Source: an uncultured Clostridium sp.
GTDB lineage: Bacteria; Bacillota; Clostridia; TANB77; CAG-508
Length of the DNA: 50,050 bases
Assembly (NCBI GenBank): GCA_947303785.1
Contig: CAMYZH010000005.1
Location: forward strand, 1-50,050
Reading direction: 5' to 3'
Positions 19,697-28,711 of the stretch are shown here, in pieces. The translations under genes and the position numbers were made by a program. The first letter of the stretch is position 1. Each line of letters starts with the position of its first letter. Under the pieces are notes generated by a model that was given only the letters and a program-made list of their open reading frames with translations, made no database searches and was not told where the DNA came from.

Positions 19697-20761
19697 ATGA
19701 ATATAAAGATTAAGTGGCTTAGAGATATTATAAAGACACAAAACCTGCAAGGAATGATAGTATCAAATCCAGTTAATATAAAATATTTAACTGGAATAGA
19801 AGCAGAAGGTATACTTTTAATTACACTAAAAGAAAACATTTTTATTACAGATAGTAGATATGTTGAAGCTGTAAATACTATTTTAACGATTGAAGATGAG
19901 ATATTGGTTAATGATAAGAAAAATTTAACCAAAGATGATTATGCTTCATTTTTTATGTTTTGCGAAAATGTTGGATTTGAAGAGCATTATGTGACATATA
20001 GTGAATACAAAGATTTATTGCAAAGATATAGAGTAAACTTAATGGAAACAGAAAATATAATCGAAACACAGAGAATTGTAAAAGATGAAATTGAGATTAA
20101 AAAAATTGAAAAAGCGTGTGAAATAACTGATAATTGTTTTGAATATTTGAAGAGATATATAAAAATTGGAATGACTGAAAAGGAAATTGCTTTCGAAATT
20201 GAAAAATATTATAAGACACATGGAGCAGATGATGTTTCTTTTGAACCTATTGTAGCATCTGGACATAATACATCAATGCCACATGCTGTACCTGGAAATA
20301 GAAGAATAAAAGATGGAGATATAATTCTTATAGATATGGGATGTAAGTACAATGGATATTGTTCTGATATGACAAGAATGTTATTTATAAATTATGTAGA
20401 AGATCAATATAAAGAGCCATATCAAATTTGTTTAAGAAATAATGAAATTGCACAAAGCGAAATGAAGGAAGGAGCTAATATAAAGTCTATAGCGCTTAAT
20501 TCAAATAATGATTTGAAACAAAATGGCTTTGTTCCACTTCATTCTTTAGGTCATGGTGTTGGACTTGATATACATGAAGAACCGCTTTTTGCGACAATAT
20601 ATGATCAGCCATTAAAGGCTAATATGGTTGTTACAGCAGAGCCAGGAGTATATAAGCCTGGTCAATTCGGAATAAGAATAGAGGATACTGTTTTAATAAC
20701 CAAAAATGGATGCAGAAGACTCACTAAGTCATCTAAAGATATAACTATAATAAATTGCTAA
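19697..20761 (+). CDS. Xaa-Pro aminopeptidase (M24)
   Basis: IDMG..Y.SDMTR, HSLGHGVGLDIHEEP, EPGVY, IRIED; upstream of efp as in many Firmicutes. Confidence 0.92.
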   Translation: MNIKIKWLRDIIKTQNLQGMIVSNPVNIKYLTGIEAEGILLITLKENIFITDSRYVEAVNTILTIEDEILVNDKKNLTKDDYASFFMFCENVGFEEHYVTYSEYKDLLQRYRVNLMETENIIETQRIVKDEIEIKKIEKACEITDNCFEYLKRYIKIGMTEKEIAFEIEKYYKTHGADDVSFEPIVASGHNTSMPHAVPGNRRIKDGDIILIDMGCKYNGYCSDMTRMLFINYVEDQYKEPYQICLRNNEIAQSEMKEGANIKSIALNSNNDLKQNGFVPLHSLGHGVGLDIHEEPLFATIYDQPLKANMVVTAEPGVYKPGQFGIRIEDTVLITKNGCRRLTKSSKDITIINC

Positions 20762-20805
20762 AATTATTTGTTTGCTTTATATTTTATAATAAATGTCGCA
20801 AATAC

Positions 20806-20834
20806 TTGATTTTGTGCATAAAATATAGTATTAT
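20806..20834 (+). promoter_or_regulatory. sigma-A-like promoter for efp
   Basis: TTGATT-17bp-TATTAT. Confidence 0.5.
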
Positions 20835-20884
20835 ATAAAAAGTAAAAATTGAAATTTGTAAATAGTAAAGGGAGGAATTATTAT

Positions 20885-21451
20885 ATGGCAGAAGTATATA
20901 TGGCAGGAGATTTAAGAAATGGAACAACTTTTGAAATGGAAGGTCAAGTATTCAAGGTTGTTGAATTTCAACATGTTAAACCAGGAAAAGGAGCAGCTTT
21001 TGTTAGAACAAAATTAAAAAATGTTATTAATGGTTCAGTTTTAGAGAAAACATTTAATCCATCTGAAAAACTACAAGGTGCAGAAATAGAAAAAAGAGAT
21101 ATGCAATATTTATATAATGATGAAGATTTATATTATTTTATGGATAATGAAAATTATGAGCAAATACCACTTAATAAAGAACAAATTGGGGATGCTTTAA
21201 AATTTATAAAAGAAAATATGAATTGTAAAATTCTTTCATTTAAGGGAAATGTATTTGCTGTTGAACCACCTATGTTTGTGGAATTAGAAGTTACATATAC
21301 TGAACCTGGATTTAGTGGAAACACAACAACAACTTCTGGAAAACCAGCTACACTAGAAAATGGATATGAAATACAAGTACCACTATTTGTTAATATTGGT
21401 GATGTTATAAGAATTGATACTAGAACTGGTGAGTACATGGAGAGAATTTAA
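20885..21451 (+). CDS. efp: Elongation factor P
   Basis: [35 protein letters not shown]. Confidence 0.97.
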   Translation: MAEVYMAGDLRNGTTFEMEGQVFKVVEFQHVKPGKGAAFVRTKLKNVINGSVLEKTFNPSEKLQGAEIEKRDMQYLYNDEDLYYFMDNENYEQIPLNKEQIGDALKFIKENMNCKILSFKGNVFAVEPPMFVELEVTYTEPGFSGNTTTTSGKPATLENGYEIQVPLFVNIGDVIRIDTRTGEYMERI

Positions 21452-21472
21452 AACTAAAGGAGATTTAGGCTA

Positions 21473-21883
21473 GTGGCAAATAAATTGGAAGAACAATACC
21501 AAAAGATGATTGAAACTCTAGAAAATACTATTAAAGACAAGGAAAAGCTTGAAATGGCTAAAGAGCAACTTGATGATATAGTTTCTATAGTAGTTGATGA
21601 TTGTTCAAATATTTTAGATAAGTATGATGAGAAAATAAAAACAATTGAAAATAAAAATTCTGCATATGAAGAAAGAATTGCTGTATTAGAAGAAAAACTG
21701 AAAATATTTGAAAAAATAATGGAAATAGAATATTATGATTTCTTTATTACATGTCCATATTGTGGCTATGAATTTCAGACAGAATATGATGATGAGGTTA
21801 CTGATATGTGTTGCCCAGAATGTGGTCAAAGTTTTGATATTGAATGGGATGATGACGATGATGATAATGATAGTGACAATTAA
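21473..21883 (+). CDS. Coiled-coil plus zinc-ribbon protein (CD1247-like)
   Basis: GTG start with SD; CPYC...CPEC; acidic tail; follows efp as in clostridia. Confidence 0.65.
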   Translation: MANKLEEQYQKMIETLENTIKDKEKLEMAKEQLDDIVSIVVDDCSNILDKYDEKIKTIENKNSAYEERIAVLEEKLKIFEKIMEIEYYDFFITCPYCGYEFQTEYDDEVTDMCCPECGQSFDIEWDDDDDDNDSDN

Positions 21884-22441
21884 AAATAATCTAATGGATT
21901 GACGGCTTTGCCGTCTTTTTTTATTGTCAAATGTAGGTGACATCCAGTTGTCGCACCATTTGTGGGATTACCGATTAGAATCTATATATGGATTGCCCTG
22001 GACATTATACACATTTTTTGGCCCTACATAAGCAACTATAGAATTTGATGTTATATAGTCTCCAATTTTGTAGAGGTAATTTGGAGATATGTGACAATAT
22101 GAGGCTATGTAGCCATTATTTTCAATTGATATGGTATATCCTCCTGCACCTTTAAAACTTGCTAAAATTACTTTTCCAGGGAAAACTGCATATATTGGAG
22201 TTCCTTCGGTTGCTGCAATATCTATTCCTGAATGATATGTTGATGCACCTGTTGTTGGAGATTTGCGATATCCAAATTTGGATGTGATAGTTTTATTTCC
22301 TGGAAGTGGCCAGTTAAATTGGCTTGAGTTGATTGATTCAAAAATTTGTGGATTTTTTTCTGAATATTTTATAGTAAAGGTAGAGATTAAAATTAGAATG
22401 ATTGAAATTAAAAAATAAAATTTAAAAAAAGAGCTATACAT
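21880..22441 (-). CDS. M23 family metallopeptidase with +1 shift at CGG (21973-21971)
   Basis: TM anchor, ITSKFGYR, HSGID; after skipping C: GNPTNGATTGCHLHLTIKKDGKAVNPLDYF* supplies the HxH motif. Confidence 0.85.
21901..21922 (+). terminator. Intrinsic terminator for efp operon
   Basis: GACGGC-TTT-GCCGTC-TTTTTTT. Confidence 0.7.
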
Positions 22442-22474
22442 GAATTTTTCCTTTCTGGTATAGCCCTTTTTATT

Positions 22475-22549
22475 TGGCAGGAGTACTAGGATTCGAACCC
22501 AGACAAGCGGTTTTGGAGACCGATGTGCTACCATTAACACTATACTCCT
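22475..22549 (-). tRNA. tRNA-Trp (anticodon CCA)
   Basis: AGGAGTA acceptor stem, anticodon loop CTCCAAA, GGTTCGAATCC T arm, encoded CCA end. Confidence 0.95.
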
Positions 22550-22569
22550 ATTTGTCTTGCGACTAATTA

Positions 22570-22598
22570 ATTATACAGGAATTGTTTTTGAAAATCAA
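22570..22598 (-). promoter_or_regulatory. sigma-A promoter of tRNA-Trp/M23 unit
   Basis: Minus strand TTGATT-17bp-TATAAT. Confidence 0.65.
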
Positions 22599-22675
22599 TA
22601 GCTAGTTCTGAAAATTAAAAATTTTTCTCGAATTACTGTATATAAGTTTTAAAGATTTTAATAATATCATTTCTA

Positions 22676-22862
22676 TAACACTAAGTCTGGTATAACATAA
22701 AGCATTTCTAAATTTGAGCGGAATAATTATAGGAGCTCTTGAATATTAAAGTGGAAAACCAAACCTTGTGTTTGGAAGGTTGCCACTTTTATATTGTTAG
22801 AGCTCCTTAATGTATGGAAGCGATATTTAGAAATGCTTTATGTTATACCAGACTTAGTGTTA
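22676..22862 (+). ncRNA. ssrS: Probable 6S RNA (long rod hairpin with central bubble)
   Basis: 187 nt; perfect 38-bp closing stem, unpaired central bubble, inner stems AGGAGCTCT/AGAGCTCCT and AAAGTGG/CCACTTT; strand tentative. Confidence 0.55.
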
Positions 22863-22869
22863 CGAAAGA

Positions 22870-23865
22870 TTAATTATTATGTTTAATTAATTCATCAACA
22901 ATTTGAATAGCATTTGTTGCAGCACCTTTTCTTATATTATCAGCTACTACCCAAATATTTAATCCATAAGGAACACTGTCATCACGACGAATTCTTCCAA
23001 CATAAACTTCATTATGATTAGATGCTTTTGTAGCTAAGGGGTAAATATTGTTTTGGACATCGTCTTCAACAATTATTCCAGGATATTCAGATAATAGTTT
23101 TCGTACATCATCTAATTTAAAGTCATTTTCAAATTCAATGTTAATAGATTCACTGTGAGAATTTAAAACAGGAACTCTAACAGTTGTTGCTGTGATTTTT
23201 AAATCAGGCCTGTGTAATATTTTTCTAGTTTCATTAATCATTTTCATTTCTTCTTTTGTATAACCATTATCTAAAAATACATCAATATGTGGTAAGCAAT
23301 TATTATAAATTGGGTGTGGGAACTTTATTGGTTGTTCTCCTTTTTGTGTATTGTAAAAATCTTGGACCCCTTTTTGACCTGCTCCAGAAACAGCTTGATA
23401 AGTAGAGTATACTATTCTTTTAATTCTATATTTATTATCTAATGGCTTTAGTGGAACAACTGCTTGTATCGTAGAGCAATTAGGGTTAGCAATGATTCCA
23501 TTGTTTTTATATGCATCTTCTATATTTACTTCTGGAACAACTAAAGGAACATTGGGATCCATTCTAAATGCACTACTATTGTCAACAACTATACATCCTT
23601 TAGATGCAGCGATTGGTGAAAACTTTTTTGAAGTATCTCCACCTGCAGAAAAAATTGCATAGTCAAATCCTTCGTCAAATGAGTCTTCCTTTAATTCACG
23701 AGCAATGTATTCTTTTCCCATAAATTTGATTTTTGTTCCAGCAGATCTTGAAGAACAAAAGAATACATATTCAGAAATTGGAAGATTGAATTCTTCTAAT
23801 ACTTCTAATGCTTTTCTTCCAACTAATCCAGTAGCACCTACTAGTGCTAATTTATATTTTTTCAT
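22870..23865 (-). CDS. asd: Aspartate-semialdehyde dehydrogenase
   Basis: VGATGLVG, DNSSAFRM, NPNCSTIQ, YQAVSGAG, DNIRKGAATNA. Confidence 0.97.
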   Translation of the reverse strand: MKKYKLALVGATGLVGRKALEVLEEFNLPISEYVFFCSSRSAGTKIKFMGKEYIARELKEDSFDEGFDYAIFSAGGDTSKKFSPIAASKGCIVVDNSSAFRMDPNVPLVVPEVNIEDAYKNNGIIANPNCSTIQAVVPLKPLDNKYRIKRIVYSTYQAVSGAGQKGVQDFYNTQKGEQPIKFPHPIYNNCLPHIDVFLDNGYTKEEMKMINETRKILHRPDLKITATTVRVPVLNSHSESINIEFENDFKLDDVRKLLSEYPGIIVEDDVQNNIYPLATKASNHNEVYVGRIRRDDSVPYGLNIWVVADNIRKGAATNAIQIVDELIKHNN

Positions 23866-24081
23866 AATGTAACACCTCTTTTTGTGTAAATAATGAATAT
23901 TGTGTAAAAAAATATAATTATATTTTTTCTTTTATATTATATGTCGAATAAAAAAAAATTACAATATTTAGGATAAGATTGCTTATGATTTATTGATTTA
24001 TTTACTATTGTTTGATAGAATATGATACATATTAAAACAGTATAATTATGACTTTTTAAAAGAAGGTTATGGAGGAAAAAA

Positions 24082-25092
24082 ATGGCAAAAGTTAGTATAG
24101 TAGTTCCAATATACAATGTTGAGAAATACTTATCAAAATGCTTAGAGAGCTTAATAAATCAGTCATTTAAAGATATTGAAATCTTAGCAATAAGTGATGG
24201 CTCTCCAGACAATAGTGTAAAAATAATTAAAGAATACGAAAAAAAAGATAATAGAATAAAATGTATTGAAAAAGAAAATGGTGGGTATGGATCAGTTTTA
24301 GAATATGCTATTAACATTATTAATTCTCCTTATTTTTTAATATGTGATCCTGACGATTGGTTAAAAAATGATGCAATTGAAAAATTATATCAAGCTGCTG
24401 AAAAAGATAATTTAGATTTTGTAAGGGCAGGATATTATATGACTTTTTCTGATAACTCTGATGATGAATATAATAATGGAATTATTATGCCTAATGTTTT
24501 TAATCCTGAATTTAATCATATATATGATAATGAAATTGAGCAGTTTTTATTTTTATCAGAAAGTCCACATTCAAAACTTTTTAAAACAGAATTAGCTAAA
24601 GGTATTCAGTTCCCTCATAAAGTAAGTTTTACTGATGGTATCTTGTATAAATTATATATTCCTAAAGTAAAAAGAGCTATTATACTTGAAGAGGCGCTTT
24701 CTTACTATTTAATTGATAGAGAAGGAAATACTGCAACAGATGTAAAACCTAAAATTGCAGATCAACATAAGGTTGTTTTTGATTCAATAATGGAACAATA
24801 TTCAAGATATGAAAATAAAAGTGATTTGTTTTATTATAGAATGATGTTACAATGTGAATTTGTCAATTCACAGATTGCCAATATAAAGGATAGAAAAGCT
24901 TTTGAAGATAAGAGAGAATTACTGTTTGAAATGTATAAAACATGTAGAAAATATAAAAATGAAATAAAAAGATGTCTGAAATATGAGACATCTAAAAGAA
25001 AATTAGTATTTAAAATGATTTTAAATCCTATTATAGGTGATGCGGTTGTAAAATATTTTTCAGATAGGGTTTGGAAAAATGCTAATAGGTAA
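24082..25092 (+). CDS. Glycosyltransferase family 2
   Basis: SIVVPIYNVEKYL..C..S, SDGSPD, DPDD. Confidence 0.9.
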   Translation: MAKVSIVVPIYNVEKYLSKCLESLINQSFKDIEILAISDGSPDNSVKIIKEYEKKDNRIKCIEKENGGYGSVLEYAINIINSPYFLICDPDDWLKNDAIEKLYQAAEKDNLDFVRAGYYMTFSDNSDDEYNNGIIMPNVFNPEFNHIYDNEIEQFLFLSESPHSKLFKTELAKGIQFPHKVSFTDGILYKLYIPKVKRAIILEEALSYYLIDREGNTATDVKPKIADQHKVVFDSIMEQYSRYENKSDLFYYRMMLQCEFVNSQIANIKDRKAFEDKRELLFEMYKTCRKYKNEIKRCLKYETSKRKLVFKMILNPIIGDAVVKYFSDRVWKNANR

Positions 25093-25112
25093 GGAGAAAG
25101 GTTTTTTTAGAA

Positions 25113-26576
25113 ATGAGCAAGAAGAGTATTTCTGTAAATTATGTATATAATTTGTTTTATCAGGTTTTAATAATTGTATTACCATTAATAACTACACCAT
25201 ATTTATCACGAACATTAGGTGCAGAAGCTATAGGTATATATAGTTATACTTTGTCAATTGCAACTTATTTTGTTTTAGCAGGTTCATTAGGTGTAGCAAT
25301 ATATGGTCAAAGAGAAATAGCCTATCTGCAAAATGAAAAGAGAAAAAGAACTATTACATTTTGGGAGATTTTTTTAATGAAAATAGTTACTATGACTATT
25401 TCATTATTTGTGTTTGGCTTATGTTTTGCAAGAGCGGGAAATTATGTAGTATATTATAGGGTGTTAATAATAGAAATAGTTAGCCAGATGTTAGATATAA
25501 GTTGGTTTTTCCAAGGATTAGAGGAATTTAAAAAAACAGTTGTAAGAAATTCTATTGTAAAGATTTTGTTTTTAATATGTATTTTTGTTTTTGTTAAGTC
25601 GCCTGCAGATTTAGTTAAATATGTTTTTATAACGACAGGTGCAAACTTAGTAGGTAATTTTTCATTATGGCTTTATCTTCCAAGATTTCTTGAAAAAATA
25701 AAAATTAAAGAACTTAATATTTTTAGACACTTAAAATCTACAATTGCTTTATTTATTCCACAAGTTGCAATTCAAATATATACTGTACTTGATAAAACGA
25801 TGATAGGAAAAATATATGGAACTAAATCAGAAGTAGGTTTTTATGAACAAGCACAGAAAATTGTTAAGTTACTTCTTACGGTTGTTACTTCATTGGGAGC
25901 TGTAATGATACCGAGAATTGCAAGTGTTTTTGCTGCAGGAGAATTGAAAGAAATGAAAGAATACATATCAAAATCTTTCAGATTTACATTCTTTTTAGCA
26001 TTTCCAATAATGGCTGGTTTAGTTTTAGTAGCAGATGATTTTGTACCATTGTTTTTTGGAGAAGGATATGATAGAGTAAAAATATTAATGAAAATAATAG
26101 TTCCGATTACATTATTTATAGGAATGAGTAATGTATTTGGAATACAGTATTTGTTACCAACTAAAAAACAAACAGCATATACTATTTCAGTTACAACAGG
26201 TGCAGCAATTAATTTTGTCTTAAATTTATTTTTGATAAAAAAATATGGAGCTATTGGGGCTTCTATAAGTACTGTTATTGCAGAATTTGTTGTAATGACG
26301 ATACAATTGTTTTTTGCAAGAGAGCTGTTTAGTATAAAAGAATTGTTTAATTTAGGTAAAAAAAATATAATAGCAACAATTTTTATGTTTGTATGTACAT
26401 ATGGTATTAGTAAAATTTTACATTTAACTGGTATCATAGCAATAGTAGTTCAGTGTGGAGTAGGTGTAATAACATATATTTTGCCTTTGATTCTTATGAA
26501 AGATGAATTTTTGTATTATGCAAAGGATCGTGGAATAAATATTGTAAGGTCGAAATTTTCCCCAAAAGAAGCATAG
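25113..26576 (+). CDS. Polysaccharide flippase (Wzx/RfbX family)
   Basis: PLITTPYLSRTLG, WFFQGLE, DKTMIG; many TM helices. Confidence 0.9.
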   Translation: MSKKSISVNYVYNLFYQVLIIVLPLITTPYLSRTLGAEAIGIYSYTLSIATYFVLAGSLGVAIYGQREIAYLQNEKRKRTITFWEIFLMKIVTMTISLFVFGLCFARAGNYVVYYRVLIIEIVSQMLDISWFFQGLEEFKKTVVRNSIVKILFLICIFVFVKSPADLVKYVFITTGANLVGNFSLWLYLPRFLEKIKIKELNIFRHLKSTIALFIPQVAIQIYTVLDKTMIGKIYGTKSEVGFYEQAQKIVKLLLTVVTSLGAVMIPRIASVFAAGELKEMKEYISKSFRFTFFLAFPIMAGLVLVADDFVPLFFGEGYDRVKILMKIIVPITLFIGMSNVFGIQYLLPTKKQTAYTISVTTGAAINFVLNLFLIKKYGAIGASISTVIAEFVVMTIQLFFARELFSIKELFNLGKKNIIATIFMFVCTYGISKILHLTGIIAIVVQCGVGVITYILPLILMKDEFLYYAKDRGINIVRSKFSPKEA

Positions 26577-26586
26577 GAGGAGATAA

Positions 26587-27537
26587 ATGATTAAATTAAG
26601 TATTATTGTTCCAGTCTACAATACAGAAAAGTATTTAAGAAAGTGTTTGGAATCACTAGTTAATCAGTCATTGAAGCAAATTGAAATAATCATTGTAAAT
26701 GATGGAAGCTCAGATAGTTCTCAAAAGATAATTGATGAGTATGTAAAAAAATATCCTACTGTGTGTAAATGTTTTATTCAAGAAAATTTAGGACAGGCTA
26801 AAGCTAGAAATGTTGGAATTGATAACGCAATTGGTGAATTTATTACATTTGCTGATAGTGATGATTATTTAGAATTATCAGCATATGAAAAAGCATATAA
26901 TTATGCGATTGAAAATAATTTAGATATTGTATCATTTGATTTTTTTGAAGAGGATGAAGATAAAAAATATATCAAAGAAAGTTCATATTATCTATTTAAT
27001 GACTGTGATGATGATATTAAATATATACTTAACGAAACATCTACCTGGAATAAAATAATAAAAAAAAGGATATTAGATGAAAATAACATTAGATTTAAAG
27101 AAAATATAATATATGAAGATTTAGAATTAATTCCTAGATTAGTTTTTTACACAGAAAAAATTGGATTTTTAAGTGAACATTTATATCATTATATTGTTCG
27201 AGAAAATTCTACTATGAGACAAAAGAAATATAATAAAAAGCTTGAAGATATTTTCATAGTTATGGAATCTCTTAAAAAAAGTTTTAAAAATTCAAAATAT
27301 AATAATGAGCTTGAATATTTATATATTGAACACTTATTACATGGCGCTACTTTAAGATATTTAGAATATGAAGAAGGCAAAACTGATATTATTAAAATTG
27401 CGGATATTATGAAAAAAGAGTTTTGTAATTGGAGAAAAAATAGTTATTTTAAGACAAAAGATATAAAATATAGAATAGTATGTAATTTGGCTTACAAAAA
27501 AAAGATATGGATGTTAAAAAAAATATTAAAAAAATAG
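26587..27537 (+). CDS. Glycosyltransferase family 2
   Basis: SIIVPVYN, VNDGS, ARNVG, DSDD, YED. Confidence 0.92.
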   Translation: MIKLSIIVPVYNTEKYLRKCLESLVNQSLKQIEIIIVNDGSSDSSQKIIDEYVKKYPTVCKCFIQENLGQAKARNVGIDNAIGEFITFADSDDYLELSAYEKAYNYAIENNLDIVSFDFFEEDEDKKYIKESSYYLFNDCDDDIKYILNETSTWNKIIKKRILDENNIRFKENIIYEDLELIPRLVFYTEKIGFLSEHLYHYIVRENSTMRQKKYNKKLEDIFIVMESLKKSFKNSKYNNELEYLYIEHLLHGATLRYLEYEEGKTDIIKIADIMKKEFCNWRKNSYFKTKDIKYRIVCNLAYKKKIWMLKKILKK

Positions 27538-27547
27538 GGGATAAAGT

Positions 27548-28711
27548 TTGAAAAAAAAGATATTATTTGTTGTTGACAATTTGAAAATGGGTGGAGTTAC
27601 TAAAGTCTTGGTCAATTTATTGAAAAAGATAAATAGTTCTAAATATGAAATAGACATTCTGGTTTTACATTTTTATGAAGATATGGTAATAGAAATTCCA
27701 AAAGAAATTAATATTTTAAAAGGTGGAAGTAAATTTTCATTTATCGACGAGAATATTGGAAAAATTCTTAAAGAAAAAAATATAATAAAATTATTAAAAA
27801 AAATAAGTTTAGTTTTAAAAATAAAAACTGGATTGATTCTGAAAAGTATAAAAAAAGACAGAAATAACAATTTGAAAAAAAATTATGATGTTGAAATTGC
27901 TTTTGGAGATGGTTTTCCTTTTTTTTATGTTAATGGAGGAAACAGTAAAAAAAGAATTGCATGGTTACATTCAGATGTTTCAGTAAAAGATTATTCTGCC
28001 AGATATTATAAACAAATAAAAAAGATATTACCTAAAATGGATATGTGTATTGCGGTTTCGGAAAAAGTTGCACAATCATATAAAGAAAGATATGGAGTAA
28101 GTAAAATTACAGTTGTTAATAATGTAATTGATGATGCAGAAATAATAGAAAAATCCAATATGCAAGAAGCTATTCCTTATGATAATAAGCAATTAAATTT
28201 TGTTTCAGTTGGTAGACTGGATTATTCTAAAAATTATGAAATGCTATTTAGAGTTGTAAAAAGGTTGATAAATGAAGGATATGATTTTAAAACTTATATT
28301 GTGGGTGATGGAGCTGATAGGAATAAACTAGAAAGTTTGATTAAAGATAATAATATGCAAGAGAATTTTATATTACTTGGAAGAAAAGATAATCCTTATC
28401 CATATGTTAAAAATGCTGATTTATTTTTGTTATCATCAAGATATGAAGGATTACCAACTGTTATTATAGAAGCATTAATTCTACATATACCGTGCCTTTC
28501 AACAGAAGTAGCAGGAATTAGAGAAATTATAAATAGTTCAATTGGAGTGATTTCAGACAATGATGAATATAGTTATTATCTAGAATTAAAAAAAATATTA
28601 GATGATAAAGGTATTATTACTATATTTAAAAACAATTTAAAAAATTATAAGTACAATAATTTGACTATTGTTGAAAGTGTAGAAAGAATTTTTGATAATG
28701 AGGAGAAATAG
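27548..28711 (+). CDS. Glycosyltransferase family 4
   Basis: TTG start; SVGRL..KN, SRYEGLPTVIIEA. Confidence 0.9.
   Translation: MKKKILFVVDNLKMGGVTKVLVNLLKKINSSKYEIDILVLHFYEDMVIEIPKEINILKGGSKFSFIDENIGKILKEKNIIKLLKKISLVLKIKTGLILKSIKKDRNNNLKKNYDVEIAFGDGFPFFYVNGGNSKKRIAWLHSDVSVKDYSARYYKQIKKILPKMDMCIAVSEKVAQSYKERYGVSKITVVNNVIDDAEIIEKSNMQEAIPYDNKQLNFVSVGRLDYSKNYEMLFRVVKRLINEGYDFKTYIVGDGADRNKLESLIKDNNMQENFILLGRKDNPYPYVKNADLFLLSSRYEGLPTVIIEALILHIPCLSTEVAGIREIINSSIGVISDNDEYSYYLELKKILDDKGIITIFKNNLKNYKYNNLTIVESVERIFDNEEK

Noticed and set aside
22442..22540. N-terminal extension of the M23 ORF in the track (start 22540)
   Set aside because: It runs through the tRNA-Trp gene; the plausible start with an SD is 22441.
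22475..22549. tRNA-Trp as a CGG-decoding or frameshift-suppressor tRNA
   Set aside because: Normal 7-nt loop with CCA anticodon; only a T-C mismatch at the top of the anticodon stem.
23942..23948. Spo0A box TGTCGAA between asd and the glycan cluster
   Set aside because: A single 7-mer could occur by chance; no supporting second box.
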